A DNA stretch of 64,000 nucleotides from a virus, in IMG/VR virus record IMGVR_UViG_3300045120_000483, positions 32,001 to 96,000 of that record. The stretch is one strand, 5' to 3'. Below, piece by piece: positions 1 to 10,009 of the stretch (position 1 is the stretch's first letter; each line of letters opens with the position of its first letter). A program made the position numbers and the translations under genes. The notes under the pieces were generated by a model, which had not been told where the DNA came from, ran no database searches, and worked only from the letters and a program-made list of their open reading frames with translations.

Positions 1-10
1 TCCTCTCCGC

Positions 11-18
11 TATAAATA
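11..18 (+). promoter_or_regulatory. T4-type late promoter (TATAAATA)
   Basis: Exact TATAAATA upstream of the GIY-YIG gene; a gp55 late sigma factor is encoded in the window. Confidence 0.75.
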
Positions 19-86
19 CCCTTATCAGTCGCGGTGTTCAGACCCACTGATTCTAGTTTAACCGCTTTTAAGGGAAAACCAGCTAC

Positions 87-734
87 ATGGATATTTATTG
101 CGTCTATCTTACGATCTACTCCGGAAACCTCCTACCCCCATTTTACATAGGATTTTCAAAACTTGAAAATATAGCCAAAGGATATCATGGTTCAGTAGTA
201 TCAAAACGTTATCGGGACATCTGGGAAAAGGAACTAATCAAACACCCAGAACATTTCAAAAGTATCATTTTAACAACTCATCCAACCCGTAGAGCAGCCA
301 ATGAAAGGGAATCTAGTTTTCAAAAATCCCTCAACGCTGCCAGGAACCCTCTTTACACAAATAGAGCCCATGGAGCACGCTTCTTTAATACTAAAGGTTA
401 TAAAATGTCTGAAGAGACACGAAAAGTTTATCGAAAACCTAAATCAGCCGACCATAGAGCCAACATTAGTAAAGGGAGGATGGGGATCAAATTTTCCAAA
501 AAACAAATTGAAAAAATTAGAGAAGCGGTTCGACATCAAGTTCATACAGATGAATCCAGACGAAAGCGTCGTCAAATCATGTCACAATTAAAATGGTGGA
601 ACAACGGTTCAATATGTAAAAGGGCACAACAACCCCCAGATGATACTTGGCAAACAGGTAGGATAAAATGGAAAAAACCCAAAACATCTAACTATCTCAC
701 ACCTTCATTTCTCCAATATCTCCCTAAAAACTAA
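87..734 (+). CDS. Seg-like GIY-YIG homing endonuclease with NUMOD3-like C-terminus
   Basis: N-terminal YCVY..FYIG..Y.GS motif, conserved E and N, basic KMSEETR/HTDESRRK repeats; opposite strand to neighbours. Confidence 0.75.
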   Translation: MDIYCVYLTIYSGNLLPPFYIGFSKLENIAKGYHGSVVSKRYRDIWEKELIKHPEHFKSIILTTHPTRRAANERESSFQKSLNAARNPLYTNRAHGARFFNTKGYKMSEETRKVYRKPKSADHRANISKGRMGIKFSKKQIEKIREAVRHQVHTDESRRKRRQIMSQLKWWNNGSICKRAQQPPDDTWQTGRIKWKKPKTSNYLTPSFLQYLPKN

Positions 735-943
735 TCCAACAGTTTATCATCCATGAACATGGCGGCGATATAACCAAAGACCCAAATAAGAGCCAATAGA
801 ATAAGAACCGTCTGTAGGATATGAGTAGCAGTGCTATCGGCTCTTGTCAGAAATTCAATAATCTCAGTCATAGTTTCCAAACTTTCCAAAAAACGAAACC
901 GACAAAAAACAAAAATGGTACAGAGAATATAAGACCGGCGGCG

Positions 944-1126
944 TCACCCATTACCCCACTCTCCATTATCTAGAACCAAAATGATCGACAGAAACAACAC
1001 CCGAAGGTACCAGATGTGTAAATAGGGGTCTGTTTCAGTCGGCTTTTGGTGGTGCCCCCGAAACCCCCACGCAAACGGGTTCAGGTCCACACTTAGCTTC
1101 AGATTGCTGTACCTGAGATATCTCAT
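944..1126 (-). CDS. hypothetical protein
   Basis: ORF in the minus-strand operon. Confidence 0.45.
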   Translation of the reverse strand: MRYLRYSNLKLSVDLNPFAWGFRGHHQKPTETDPYLHIWYLRVLFLSIILVLDNGEWGNG

Positions 1127-1328
1127 TAATAACCGCCGCCACTATCCTTGCATCTTCTTCTTCAAGAAATTTCTCATTGAATTCATCTATCAACTTATCA
1201 CACGTAGCAGCATTAGTAGCATTAGTAGCATTGAAACAAATCTCCTCTATCAAAGCCTTACTGATTTCCTCAATAATGTCTTGAGATATCTCATTCAATT
1301 CTCTCTTACGTTTCGTACTCTTTTTCAT
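1035..1328 (-). CDS. hypothetical protein with a short NAT repeat
   Basis: ORF directly downstream of the PRTase; AATGCTACT tandem units. Confidence 0.5.
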   Translation of the reverse strand: MKKSTKRKRELNEISQDIIEEISKALIEEICFNATNATNAATCDKLIDEFNEKFLEEEDARIVAAVINEISQVQQSEAKCGPEPVCVGVSGAPPKAD

Positions 1329-1332
1329 TTGA

Positions 1333-1737
1333 TCACCACTTGGTGTGCATCCAGCAATCTACCCAAAACGGTAGTTTCTGGTTTCGGGCGAAGGCCACAA
1401 ACCCCCTGATATTAGCGGCGCGGGGGTCATGTTTATCAATTGCATCTTTCATTGATTTACCGGTTGTCCAAACATCATCAACGAAGAGAACTGTAGTCGA
1501 AAAGGGAGTTTTATATTTCTCAAAAGCTCTAGCTAATTTCTCCCCTCCGGTCGGAACACCATAAACTGAATTGAATGGCACTAGCTGAGGACCACAAATA
1601 TCAGCAATGGTTTGCCAATCTTCATCAGTCATGGCATCACATTCAATCTTCCAAGTCAGATAGATACCAGCCGCCGAAACAAATGATTTCTTTTTAAAAA
1701 GCGCCAAATCCGGAGCCGGGTAATCATTATTAAACAT
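1333..1737 (-). CDS. type I phosphoribosyltransferase (orotate PRTase-like)
   Basis: GVPTGG loop and PRPP-binding motif VLFVDDVWTTGKS; start re-called at MFNND. Confidence 0.8.
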   Translation of the reverse strand: MFNNDYPAPDLALFKKKSFVSAAGIYLTWKIECDAMTDEDWQTIADICGPQLVPFNSVYGVPTGGEKLARAFEKYKTPFSTTVLFVDDVWTTGKSMKDAIDKHDPRAANIRGFVAFARNQKLPFWVDCWMHTKW

Positions 1738-1766
1738 CTTCAATACACGCTTTCCATAATCACTGG

Positions 1767-3731
1767 TCAAAGAATTTCGCAGCCGCCTGAGGCGGAACAA
1801 GCCAATTCCTGGCTACCCACAGTCATATCGTTTTTCTCATATTCAGAGAGACGGCTCCAGTCAATTTGGGGGGTCTTCGCACACCATTTTTCATAATCTT
1901 CTTCACTAACCTCCTGGAACGGGGCCTGTTGATAAACATGATCCGAATAGGGGAGGAAGGAGACCCCACTCATCCATTCGAAATGATCATAAACCCAGGC
2001 ACCTACAGTAAACCACTCATCTTCCTTAACTGAGACAGTAATGGAGGGCTTATGATCGGTCCAATACTTCTGATACATCAACCACAAATTAAGTTGATCT
2101 AGGGCGGTGGCATCCGCCCGGATTAATGCATCCTTCGGGCTCTTAAGCGGAAACGAAAATACGTCCACATCATTGGGCCTCATCACATCCGTTTCATGGT
2201 AAAGACCCTGATCCTTTAGCATCTGCCCCAGAGGGTCTTTTTTGTCTGATCGGGCCGTTCGAATATAGTATGGTGAATGTCTCCGATGCAAGCCACTGGC
2301 TGAGTTGACCAGGGCTGAAACGGTGCCGCTAGGCTTGACACACGTCGAAGCTGTTGAAACTGGAATGCCAAGAATATTGGCCATTTCCATATTAGTTATG
2401 ATAACTTTTTTCCGAATTGTTGTCAAGGCATTTTTTAGAGGTTCTTCCCCCATTTGACCGGATAAAAGAGCATTATCACAAGGCCCGGTTAGAGAGACGC
2501 CCAGAAGTCTTTCATCTTCGGTATTATTTTTCCATTTCTTGGAAAGAAATTTGAAGTCAGTCAGGGTCGATTGGAAAGTCCCCAAAATAGCAGCAAGTCG
2601 GGCTTTTCGAATAAGATCATCAACGGTGTCCGTCGAACGCACCACAATTTCTGTCAGATTACAGACTTGATCCTTCCTGAGAATAATCTCTGAACAGGGA
2701 TTACACCCCCACTCATAATCAACCTCCCGGTATCGAACGTCCGGATGATCCCCAAAATGTGTCTTTCGAAAAGCATTAGAATTATCAATAACATGCTTAC
2801 AAGCGGCTCTAGAGAAAATCCCTCTTTCTCCCGACTTGGATTCATATAAAGAATGCCACTCCGCCATGAACGTGCCCATGGCGGGCTTCTTATCAGTATA
2901 GACCGCAGAATTATTTGAATTTGACAAATACGGCTTTAATAGCCACCACTGGCCGTTTTTGGCCCCCCTCATTCGATCATCCGACAAATTACTTAGAGAG
3001 ATCAAGGCACTACGGCGAACGCCCCCGACGACAACACATTCCCCGATGAAACAAGCAATCTCATGACAATCCAGGGATGATAATTTCTGACCCTTATTGG
3101 CCTCAAAAACCGAAACAATAAACTTGAAAAGACGGTTCAGGGGTTCGGGACCGGCGGACCTTCCCCCAAAGGTCTTCAGGATCGCTCCGGAAGGCCGTAG
3201 CTTGCTCAAATCCCACTTGGGTATCAAACCAGTGTAGAGCAGGGAAATCAACTCATTGAGCCCCGCTGCCCATCCCAACTTAGAATCCTTTACAACGATT
3301 GTAGTATCAGTAGGATGCAACTCATCCGGGACCTCCGGAAGCTTGTTGGTATATTGTCGCTCCACCGAAAATCCCACCCCGGTGCCATTCATGAGAATAT
3401 AAAGTTCTTCCCCAAAAGCCTTGGGGTTATCGATGGCCAAATAAGAGCAGTTGAAACCCGCCATGTTCTCCTTAGCCAGGGCAGGACCGGCCGTCATGAC
3501 CGCTCTCATCGATGGCATTACTTCCAGATTGAGAACTGCGGTCTCTAGCTCCTTTCGCAATTCCTTCGGAAGTTTATAATTACATTTTTCCTTCAAATGG
3601 GTAGTGAAAAAATCAAAATATCGGGCGACTGTTTCGGGCCACAACTCCCTTCGATTTTCTTCCGGTAGAAACCGGCTATAACGGGAAATATAGATATATT
3701 GTTGAAATTGTGTTGAATTACTAGGTAGCAT
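1767..3731 (-). CDS. nrdJ: class II (B12-dependent) ribonucleotide reductase
   Basis: NPCSEI finger loop, FNCS, CNLTE, VKPSGT, C-terminal CSASGGC; 654 aa with no small subunit nearby. Confidence 0.9.
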   Translation of the reverse strand: MLPSNSTQFQQYIYISRYSRFLPEENRRELWPETVARYFDFFTTHLKEKCNYKLPKELRKELETAVLNLEVMPSMRAVMTAGPALAKENMAGFNCSYLAIDNPKAFGEELYILMNGTGVGFSVERQYTNKLPEVPDELHPTDTTIVVKDSKLGWAAGLNELISLLYTGLIPKWDLSKLRPSGAILKTFGGRSAGPEPLNRLFKFIVSVFEANKGQKLSSLDCHEIACFIGECVVVGGVRRSALISLSNLSDDRMRGAKNGQWWLLKPYLSNSNNSAVYTDKKPAMGTFMAEWHSLYESKSGERGIFSRAACKHVIDNSNAFRKTHFGDHPDVRYREVDYEWGCNPCSEIILRKDQVCNLTEIVVRSTDTVDDLIRKARLAAILGTFQSTLTDFKFLSKKWKNNTEDERLLGVSLTGPCDNALLSGQMGEEPLKNALTTIRKKVIITNMEMANILGIPVSTASTCVKPSGTVSALVNSASGLHRRHSPYYIRTARSDKKDPLGQMLKDQGLYHETDVMRPNDVDVFSFPLKSPKDALIRADATALDQLNLWLMYQKYWTDHKPSITVSVKEDEWFTVGAWVYDHFEWMSGVSFLPYSDHVYQQAPFQEVSEEDYEKWCAKTPQIDWSRLSEYEKNDMTVGSQELACSASGGCEIL

Positions 3732-3818
3732 TTTTACTCCAAAAAATAAGGGAAGCCCGATGGCTCCCCGGAACTGTTTAAACTGATTTGTTGTGAGGAT
3801 ATTTAGTTAAATCGCTAT

Positions 3819-4004
3819 TCAGTTCTCTCCCGCCATGAACACTGTTCCGATGCTAAGAAAATATAAAAACATTGTCCCGGCCATCCAGGGTTTTCCATCA
3901 AAAAAGAAAGATATGGCCGAACCCAGATAACCAATGGACGCCCAAGTCATGAAGAATTGGGTGGGGGAAATTTGAAATCCCAGAATTATCATCCATCCGC
4001 CCAT
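3819..4004 (-). CDS. small membrane protein
   Basis: Two hydrophobic segments. Confidence 0.5.
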   Translation of the reverse strand: MGGWMIILGFQISPTQFFMTWASIGYLGSAISFFFDGKPWMAGTMFLYFLSIGTVFMAGEN

Positions 4005-4567
4005 CTTTGTCCGGTAACTTCATAAGGATCAGTCACCAAGTCTTTACCAACAGTTGAATCATTTCCAAAGAATTCAGGTTTCTTTCCTTCCCGAATCTCA
4101 TTGGGCATTGGTAGCATTGATAGACCCGGAAGCATCCAATCATATCTGACAAGTGTCGGAACCGACACCTCAAAATAACCATCAATGAATTTAAAAGCTT
4201 CCGACCAACTATCAAAAATCTTCGTAGAATGATACTTCAGCCAGGGTGATAAATGAGAACTAGGAATATCAGAATTATTCACAATGACAACAAGCTTCCC
4301 CATTTGATGACCCAACATTGCTTCCATGGGGGTGCCGTTGGAATTCTTGAAATAATTCAGAAGAATAAAGTCACTTCGGGCAATATCTACCTTATCCAGT
4401 TCAACAATCTCTTTCCAGCGGGGGTCGGCATCGGCATAATACCGTCGAACTGGATCAAGGTAGTCATATTCTGTAAAAGAACCCTTGATATAGGTTCTCC
4501 AATTGCTCATTTCCTCTTTGGAACATTGGGCTATGGGACCGCTCAGATAGCCAACATATCTTTTCAT
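3989..4567 (-). CDS. nucleoside 2-deoxyribosyltransferase-like protein
   Basis: YLSGPI..W..DP..D..DI..SD..GT.ME pattern. Confidence 0.75.
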   Translation of the reverse strand: MKRYVGYLSGPIAQCSKEEMSNWRTYIKGSFTEYDYLDPVRRYYADADPRWKEIVELDKVDIARSDFILLNYFKNSNGTPMEAMLGHQMGKLVVIVNNSDIPSSHLSPWLKYHSTKIFDSWSEAFKFIDGYFEVSVPTLVRYDWMLPGLSMLPMPNEIREGKKPEFFGNDSTVGKDLVTDPYEVTGQRWADG

Positions 4568-4571
4568 AGTG

Positions 4572-4784
4572 CTATTTCCTTTTGTCATAACGTTTCACAT
4601 TACCACTTGAATCAACACAAAACCAACCCGCCTGGATACGATAGACATCCAAGCCATAACTTTGACAAATCTCTTCTTGTTCTTTTTGTACCTTATTGTA
4701 ATAATAATATGATGCTATTAACACCCCCGCCACTATGGAGACAAGGAAAACAACAAAAACCCCAATTAACCACTCAATTTTCAT
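4572..4784 (-). CDS. membrane-anchored hypothetical protein
   Basis: N-terminal TM helix and Cys pair. Confidence 0.55.
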   Translation of the reverse strand: MKIEWLIGVFVVFLVSIVAGVLIASYYYYNKVQKEQEEICQSYGLDVYRIQAGWFCVDSSGNVKRYDKRK

Positions 4785-5827
4785 AGCCCGATCATCTTTC
4801 TGTGTTGACGCCAGCCGATAAAGTTACCATGGTCTCTAAGGTTCATCCATTTTCCTACATTCATAGAAAATCCTTTACCTTTAAAATCAGGAGTAGCCTG
4901 ATGTTCACAAGGAGATGCATGGGCTGGTTTCGAAACAATCAATTTATCATATAGATCAATGTCTTTCGCAATGACCGGGGGCTTTGCATCATGAGTTAAG
5001 TAGGAAACTCTTGCACACCTAGCCACTGAGCACTTGATTGCTTTCTTAACATATTCCCTTTCAATTATAACACCCCTATCATCAACTTTCGTTATAACCT
5101 TTCCATCATCAAAACAAGGAAACGGGATTGTCATTAGAATATCTTTTCGATCTTGTTCAGAAATATATGGTAGATGCCATTCCCCATCCTTCAAAAGATT
5201 AGGCGTGCTTTCCGCCATGGCTTTCTTCATCGCTTGAGCCAGGACCATAATCTCCGGTTGGGCATCGGAATGATCTCTAAGCTCAAAAAAGTTAGACCAC
5301 TCCGTTGCAGTCACCACCACATTTATGTGGCAAAACGGTTCCAATAACCGATTGACAATCTGCTTATGATATCCCGCTTCATAAAAACGCTTAGCCCATT
5401 TAACAGCTTCATCCCTAGCTTTCTTCCAAGCCTCTTCTCTTGATATATTAAACGGAAGTGAATAAGCGCCATGATAGTTTTGATAAGGATTATAACCACC
5501 CAACACCCCGGCGTCACACTCTTCCCGGGCCTGCATACCGGGTTGGTTCTTACCCCAAAATAGGGGCATAGCAGTATCTTCCATAACATCCTTGATCAGA
5601 CGTTCCACCGGTATCGCCCTTGAAGAAGATGCATTTCTTGATAGATTTCGATCATACATCACCCCATCAGCAATTTGTTGGACCACAATCTCTTCCGGTG
5701 TGCTACTAAGGATACGATGAGTAAGTTCCTCCGCATGAATAAAACGGGGGTACCTAAGCTGCATAGTAGTTAATCGTACACCAGCTTCAGAGATAGAATC
5801 ACAAATGATTTTAGCTGTTATTGTCAT
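4781..5827 (-). CDS. thyX: flavin-dependent thymidylate synthase
   Basis: HAE..THR, SRNASSSRAIP, NRLLEPF, LR.H..AQPEI motifs of phage ThyX. Confidence 0.85.
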   Translation of the reverse strand: MTITAKIICDSISEAGVRLTTMQLRYPRFIHAEELTHRILSSTPEEIVVQQIADGVMYDRNLSRNASSSRAIPVERLIKDVMEDTAMPLFWGKNQPGMQAREECDAGVLGGYNPYQNYHGAYSLPFNISREEAWKKARDEAVKWAKRFYEAGYHKQIVNRLLEPFCHINVVVTATEWSNFFELRDHSDAQPEIMVLAQAMKKAMAESTPNLLKDGEWHLPYISEQDRKDILMTIPFPCFDDGKVITKVDDRGVIIEREYVKKAIKCSVARCARVSYLTHDAKPPVIAKDIDLYDKLIVSKPAHASPCEHQATPDFKGKGFSMNVGKWMNLRDHGNFIGWRQHRKMIGL

Positions 5828-6024
5828 GATTTATACCATGGTTGATCTGGACAAATACTCTGGTGAGCTACATGTTCTGGAACGAAGGTTGTTGTTATAA
5901 GAGGATAATAAAAAACTCTATATAACCATCCATTCGGAACCTTTAAACGCTTTGTTTCAAAATACTTTTCTCCGGTATAAACCGATTCCCATTTTTCCGG
6001 CTTATCTACGCTTCCGACCGTCAT
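5824..6024 (-). CDS. hypothetical protein
   Basis: Translationally coupled ORF; TKRLKVPNGWLYR. Confidence 0.55.
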   Translation of the reverse strand: MTVGSVDKPEKWESVYTGEKYFETKRLKVPNGWLYRVFYYPLITTTFVPEHVAHQSICPDQPWYKS

Positions 6025-6572
6025 ATTCCTAGGTCCTTTATGATGTCTTCATAACTGTTGATTTGCTTATAGGGGAGCCCGTACCACTCCAGAAAATACA
6101 GACAGGAAACGTCAATGGCTTCCGCTTCAACTTTATTCTGAATCCGCCCCTTCTGAATATACTCTCTATCCCCTCTATGAAGATAATAGTTGATGTTATC
6201 GTATTGAATGAAGGTTCGATAGCAGAAATCCTCAAAAGCGGAATTCCAGCGTTCCCGATCAACCTTAAAATGCTTCGAAGCAGTCCGGAGATATACTGCC
6301 GTCAATAGGATTGGGGAATCCGTTACAATGTAATCCAAACCTTTATCAATCATGGAGTAAAGACGACGGTTTTGTTCGGAAAATATCTTAACCTGATCAT
6401 CCAGGGGGTCTTTGGGGTCCAGAGGAGGGTAGGACTGCCAATTCAACTCATCAGCTACCTCCGGAGTAAGTTTAACATTCATCCTCTTGGATTTCATGTG
6501 ACCATAAAGCTGAATGGAATTGGTCGTTTTTCCGGCGGACGGACCCGCAAAGATATTAATTACTTTCGTCAT
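6021..6572 (-). CDS. NadR/AAA_28-like P-loop kinase/ATPase
   Basis: Walker A GPSAGKTT, VTDSP, GR.Q motif. Confidence 0.75.
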   Translation of the reverse strand: MTKVINIFAGPSAGKTTNSIQLYGHMKSKRMNVKLTPEVADELNWQSYPPLDPKDPLDDQVKIFSEQNRRLYSMIDKGLDYIVTDSPILLTAVYLRTASKHFKVDRERWNSAFEDFCYRTFIQYDNINYYLHRGDREYIQKGRIQNKVEAEAIDVSCLYFLEWYGLPYKQINSYEDIIKDLGI

Positions 6573-6580
6573 AAATTTTT

Positions 6581-7243
6581 CTAACCATCATGTTTCTCCC
6601 GGGGAATAAACAAAGTGTCTGACACGTTACGACCCACTTCCTTATAATTCAATTCCTCAAAAAGCTCCTGAAGGGGAAGATGTAGAGTTTCAACAGAAAT
6701 AGCTGGTCGGTACTTCTTAATCGTCTCCAGACCCCCCGAAATGATTTGGTATTCCGCCCCCTCCGTATCCAATTGAATGGCATCCAGACCATGAGCCCAC
6801 GCAAAATCATCGATAGCAACGGTCGGAACCGGAACCTCCGTTTCCTTCTTTTCATGAACAAGGGAATGCTCCCCCGAATTCAGATAAGAGGTACGTCTTA
6901 ATATAGCCATTCCGACTTTATCAAAAAGAGCCTTGTTGTGAGGAAAGATATTTCGCCCAAAACAATTCTGTTGAAGACAATAGAAATTCAGGGCTTCCGG
7001 CTCATAGGTAATCACTTCGGAAAACACTTCCGACCACAACCTGGGATACATCCCACATCCTCCCCCGGCCTGGAGGAGGACGCCCTTCGGCATCTTTGTC
7101 ATGTTGTTTAAAAAAAGCTTCTTTAGGCCCGGAAATTCGTTGGAGGGACCATCCCAAAGCCCATTATCTTCCTTAATCCAGGTCCAGGGGCCGACCCCCT
7201 CAATTTGTTGTTCTCTTACCGTCACTAAATCTCTAAAATTCAT
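6581..7243 (-). CDS. FkbM-family SAM methyltransferase
   Basis: QAGG.CG, EP, IQLDTEGAE..I..G motifs. Confidence 0.8.
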   Translation of the reverse strand: MNFRDLVTVREQQIEGVGPWTWIKEDNGLWDGPSNEFPGLKKLFLNNMTKMPKGVLLQAGGGCGMYPRLWSEVFSEVITYEPEALNFYCLQQNCFGRNIFPHNKALFDKVGMAILRRTSYLNSGEHSLVHEKKETEVPVPTVAIDDFAWAHGLDAIQLDTEGAEYQIISGGLETIKKYRPAISVETLHLPLQELFEELNYKEVGRNVSDTLFIPREKHDG

Positions 7244-7401
7244 ATCTTAATATCTTCCTCCAAATAGTATACCTGTCCTTCTTTTATCATCATAGGCTTT
7301 TCCACCATCGGATATATCCTTATCCCCGTCCCATTGCTTATTATGATTTCTTGTTTACCCGGAGATATGTAAACCACATCTTTACTTTCGCTCTTGAACA
7401 T
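7240..7401 (-). CDS. small hypothetical protein (53 aa, MFKSESKD...)
   Basis: Read by hand; fills the gap between primase and methyltransferase. Confidence 0.45.
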   Translation of the reverse strand: MFKSESKDVVYISPGKQEIIISNGTGIRIYPMVEKPMMIKEGQVYYLEEDIKI

Positions 7402-8410
7402 TTACTTTACTCCAAAAAGCTAATTTAGCTTGAGCCATCATACCTGAGTAGGTATTTTCCAAAAGAATAGTCTCAATCTGAGACGGAGAATGCCCGTCCA
7501 GAACCATCGCATTGATATCTTTGGGTTTTAGGCCGGGGGGCCAAATGACCACCGAAAATCCCGTCGAAATAGCCTTAAGGATTTTTTCCTTAAGGTGAGG
7601 ACTTCGGGGTTCATTATCATAACAAACAACAAGTTTAACAGAGGGAAGATGCTTTGTCAAGGAAGAAAAGTTAGCTCCCGCAATTGCTACTGAGTTAGAA
7701 AGAAAGGCACAATCTAGAGGTCCTTCCAGGGCGTAGATCGTCTGAGAGAAATCAACCTTTTCCAGGTTGTAAATCATCGCATGAGAATCATCCAGATTGA
7801 TGGAAATGTAGCGAACTCCATCCGGCTCTAGGCTTCGGCCCTGATAAGCAAAAAGTTTCTTTTCCCGGGAAAAGAACGGAATGATAACCCGACCATGCTC
7901 ATATCCCATTGATTCCGGAGAGAATTTACCCGGCATCAAATTATTCGTCCAGGCCTGAAAATTAGGAACCCACCGAAATTCCTCCAGATAATCCGCAGGA
8001 ATCTTTCGGCCTCTCAGGTATTTAACTGCTTCATGGTTCGGCGGCAAATGGGTGATTTTCTTCGCTCTAGAATAGGCTTCAAATGCTCTCTCCAAATCGT
8101 TCTTAACAGCAATCTCCTCCGGGGTCTTGATCTCTGCTTGCCGGGGTCCATACTTTTCGAACTTCAATTGAGACCAAAGCACGGGATCAATCCGGTATAA
8201 AAAGACCTCAAAAGGAAGGTCAACGGAACAGTTGAAGCACCGGAAGCGATAGTCTCCTTCCTTTTCATAGATATACCCCCGCTTCTTTCGTTTATTCGCA
8301 GAATCACCACATAGCGGGCAAGAAAAATTGACTAGCTTCGGGGACTTACGCTTGAACCCCTCTAACCGTACAGCTACCAGATTGATATATTTTTGGTGAA
8401 AAAACGACAT
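7382..8410 (-). CDS. gp61: DNA primase (T4 gp61-like)
   Basis: CPLCGDS..CFNC zinc ribbon, QGRSL, TOPRIM EGPLD, DNEPR, KDIN. Confidence 0.93.
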   Translation of the reverse strand: MSFFHQKYINLVAVRLEGFKRKSPKLVNFSCPLCGDSANKRKKRGYIYEKEGDYRFRCFNCSVDLPFEVFLYRIDPVLWSQLKFEKYGPRQAEIKTPEEIAVKNDLERAFEAYSRAKKITHLPPNHEAVKYLRGRKIPADYLEEFRWVPNFQAWTNNLMPGKFSPESMGYEHGRVIIPFFSREKKLFAYQGRSLEPDGVRYISINLDDSHAMIYNLEKVDFSQTIYALEGPLDCAFLSNSVAIAGANFSSLTKHLPSVKLVVCYDNEPRSPHLKEKILKAISTGFSVVIWPPGLKPKDINAMVLDGHSPSQIETILLENTYSGMMAQAKLAFWSKVNVQERK

Positions 8411-8524
8411 TCGGTTTCAGAATACACCCAACTCCCTGAGTTGTCAACGAAAAAGAAATAGCATTTTCCTGTTGACAGAATCAAAACAAAATGCGATAAC
8501 TAATCATCGAAACAGGAGGACCCC

Positions 8525-8857
8525 ATGGCCAAGACGAAGGAAAAGGTTCCGGAACTGAGGATCACTGAGGCAAATCAGTCGGAAATGATCAACCGCTTTG
8601 CGGAGATCAAGGCCTTCAAGGCCAGCATCGAAGCCGAAGAAAAGCTGATTCGGGACGCCTTTGTGAAGCTGGGAGGTCAGACCCTAATCGACAACGATGA
8701 GTTCGAAGTCTCTAATGAACTCTTTGTGGTCCGGGCCATTATCACCGATACCGATCGATTCGACACCAAACGCTTCAAGGAAGAGCACCCGGACCAGTAC
8801 AAAGCTTATCTGAAGGCCGGGACGACCACTACCGTCACCTGTTGCAACCGCAAGTAA
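8525..8857 (+). CDS. early hypothetical protein
   Basis: TTGACA promoter at 8472 and AGGAGG RBS. Confidence 0.7.
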   Translation: MAKTKEKVPELRITEANQSEMINRFAEIKAFKASIEAEEKLIRDAFVKLGGQTLIDNDEFEVSNELFVVRAIITDTDRFDTKRFKEEHPDQYKAYLKAGTTTTVTCCNRK

Positions 8858-8870
8858 GGGAGGAAATATC

Positions 8871-9083
8871 ATGAGCGAACAAGAATATCTCCCCTATGCC
8901 GTTCGAACAATTGATCATATCAACGGCCCCCTGATAGCCCGATTTCATTCAATGTCAGTAGCCGAAGATTTTGCGTTAGAGAGGTCTAGGCGCTATCGAA
9001 ATCACACATATTTTGTCATCGATACCAACTATAAAGACCCCCATATAACAACGATATTCCGAAATGGAGAAAGCATAACTTAA
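8871..9083 (+). CDS. hypothetical protein
   Basis: GGAGG RBS. Confidence 0.6.
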   Translation: MSEQEYLPYAVRTIDHINGPLIARFHSMSVAEDFALERSRRYRNHTYFVIDTNYKDPHITTIFRNGESIT

Positions 9084-9159
9084 AATAACACTTGACTTAA
9101 GATGCCGAATTTTGTATTCTCTCATTATCGGAAACGGGATGCAACGGAGGAACAAAATC

Positions 9160-9495
9160 ATGGCAAATCATCTGGTTACCCGCGACACGATGCAGACCCT
9201 GGTGAACAACCCGGCTCTTCGGGATCAGGTCATCGGGCGGGCCTTGGTTGTGATCTTCAAAAACCAGACTGCCTCAGAGCGGATGGTCAATACCACTGAG
9301 GTAGACAACGGGGTGGGTTTCACCGGAGCGGACGCCAAGTCGGGCTCTATCACCGCCAAGTATTTCATCAAGCATGGAACTTTGTTGGAGTGGCAGGTTG
9401 AAAGGTGGATGAAGCCCGGAAAGTCCGGCTTTGCGCGGATCACCAAATACTGGGCCCAATTGGATGAGGCCGCCAAGGCTAAAGCGGCGGCTTAA
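9160..9495 (+). CDS. early hypothetical protein
   Basis: TTGACT-17-TATTCT promoter at 9092; GGAGG RBS before MANHL. Confidence 0.7.
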   Translation: MANHLVTRDTMQTLVNNPALRDQVIGRALVVIFKNQTASERMVNTTEVDNGVGFTGADAKSGSITAKYFIKHGTLLEWQVERWMKPGKSGFARITKYWAQLDEAAKAKAAA

Positions 9496-9508
9496 AAAAG
9501 GAACCGGG

Positions 9509-10009
9509 TCAGGGAGAACTTACCCCCACCCGGTTCACTTCTGGCCCTAATATTGTAATCGAAACATTGATATCCTCTTCCTGGATAGGCCAGATGTACT
9601 GTTGGAAAACATTACACCAGCGGGTCACTTTCGACCTGTAAATGGCCTGTCCAGGTTCGGCATCCTTCGGAATTGAAAACTTAGTTTGAAAAGATTGTGG
9701 AGTGTGCTGCATCGCATAATGATAGGTCGTTGGAGCTTGTTCAAATTGTTGAACGATTGGCAGCATTCCAGGTTTATTCACATTAGTAATTAAAAAGCGA
9801 CGAACGATTCCATCACAATTACGATGTTCTGTGGCCAACCATTTGAAGGTTACTTCTGACCCGGGATAAATCTCCTTGGGAAAAATATCAACAGAATGAA
9901 TTGTAATGGCGGGATGTCGATCCGCCAACATGAGAATAGGAGCGGCGATTACACTAATCGAAAATAATGCCGCCAAAATATGACACATGATATAACGGGG
10001 AATCTTCAT
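9509..10009 (-). CDS. membrane-anchored protein with a beta-rich domain
   Basis: N-terminal TM segment, Cys pair; overlaps the upstream stop codon. Confidence 0.6.
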   Translation of the reverse strand: MKIPRYIMCHILAALFSISVIAAPILMLADRHPAITIHSVDIFPKEIYPGSEVTFKWLATEHRNCDGIVRRFLITNVNKPGMLPIVQQFEQAPTTYHYAMQHTPQSFQTKFSIPKDAEPGQAIYRSKVTRWCNVFQQYIWPIQEEDINVSITILGPEVNRVGVSSP

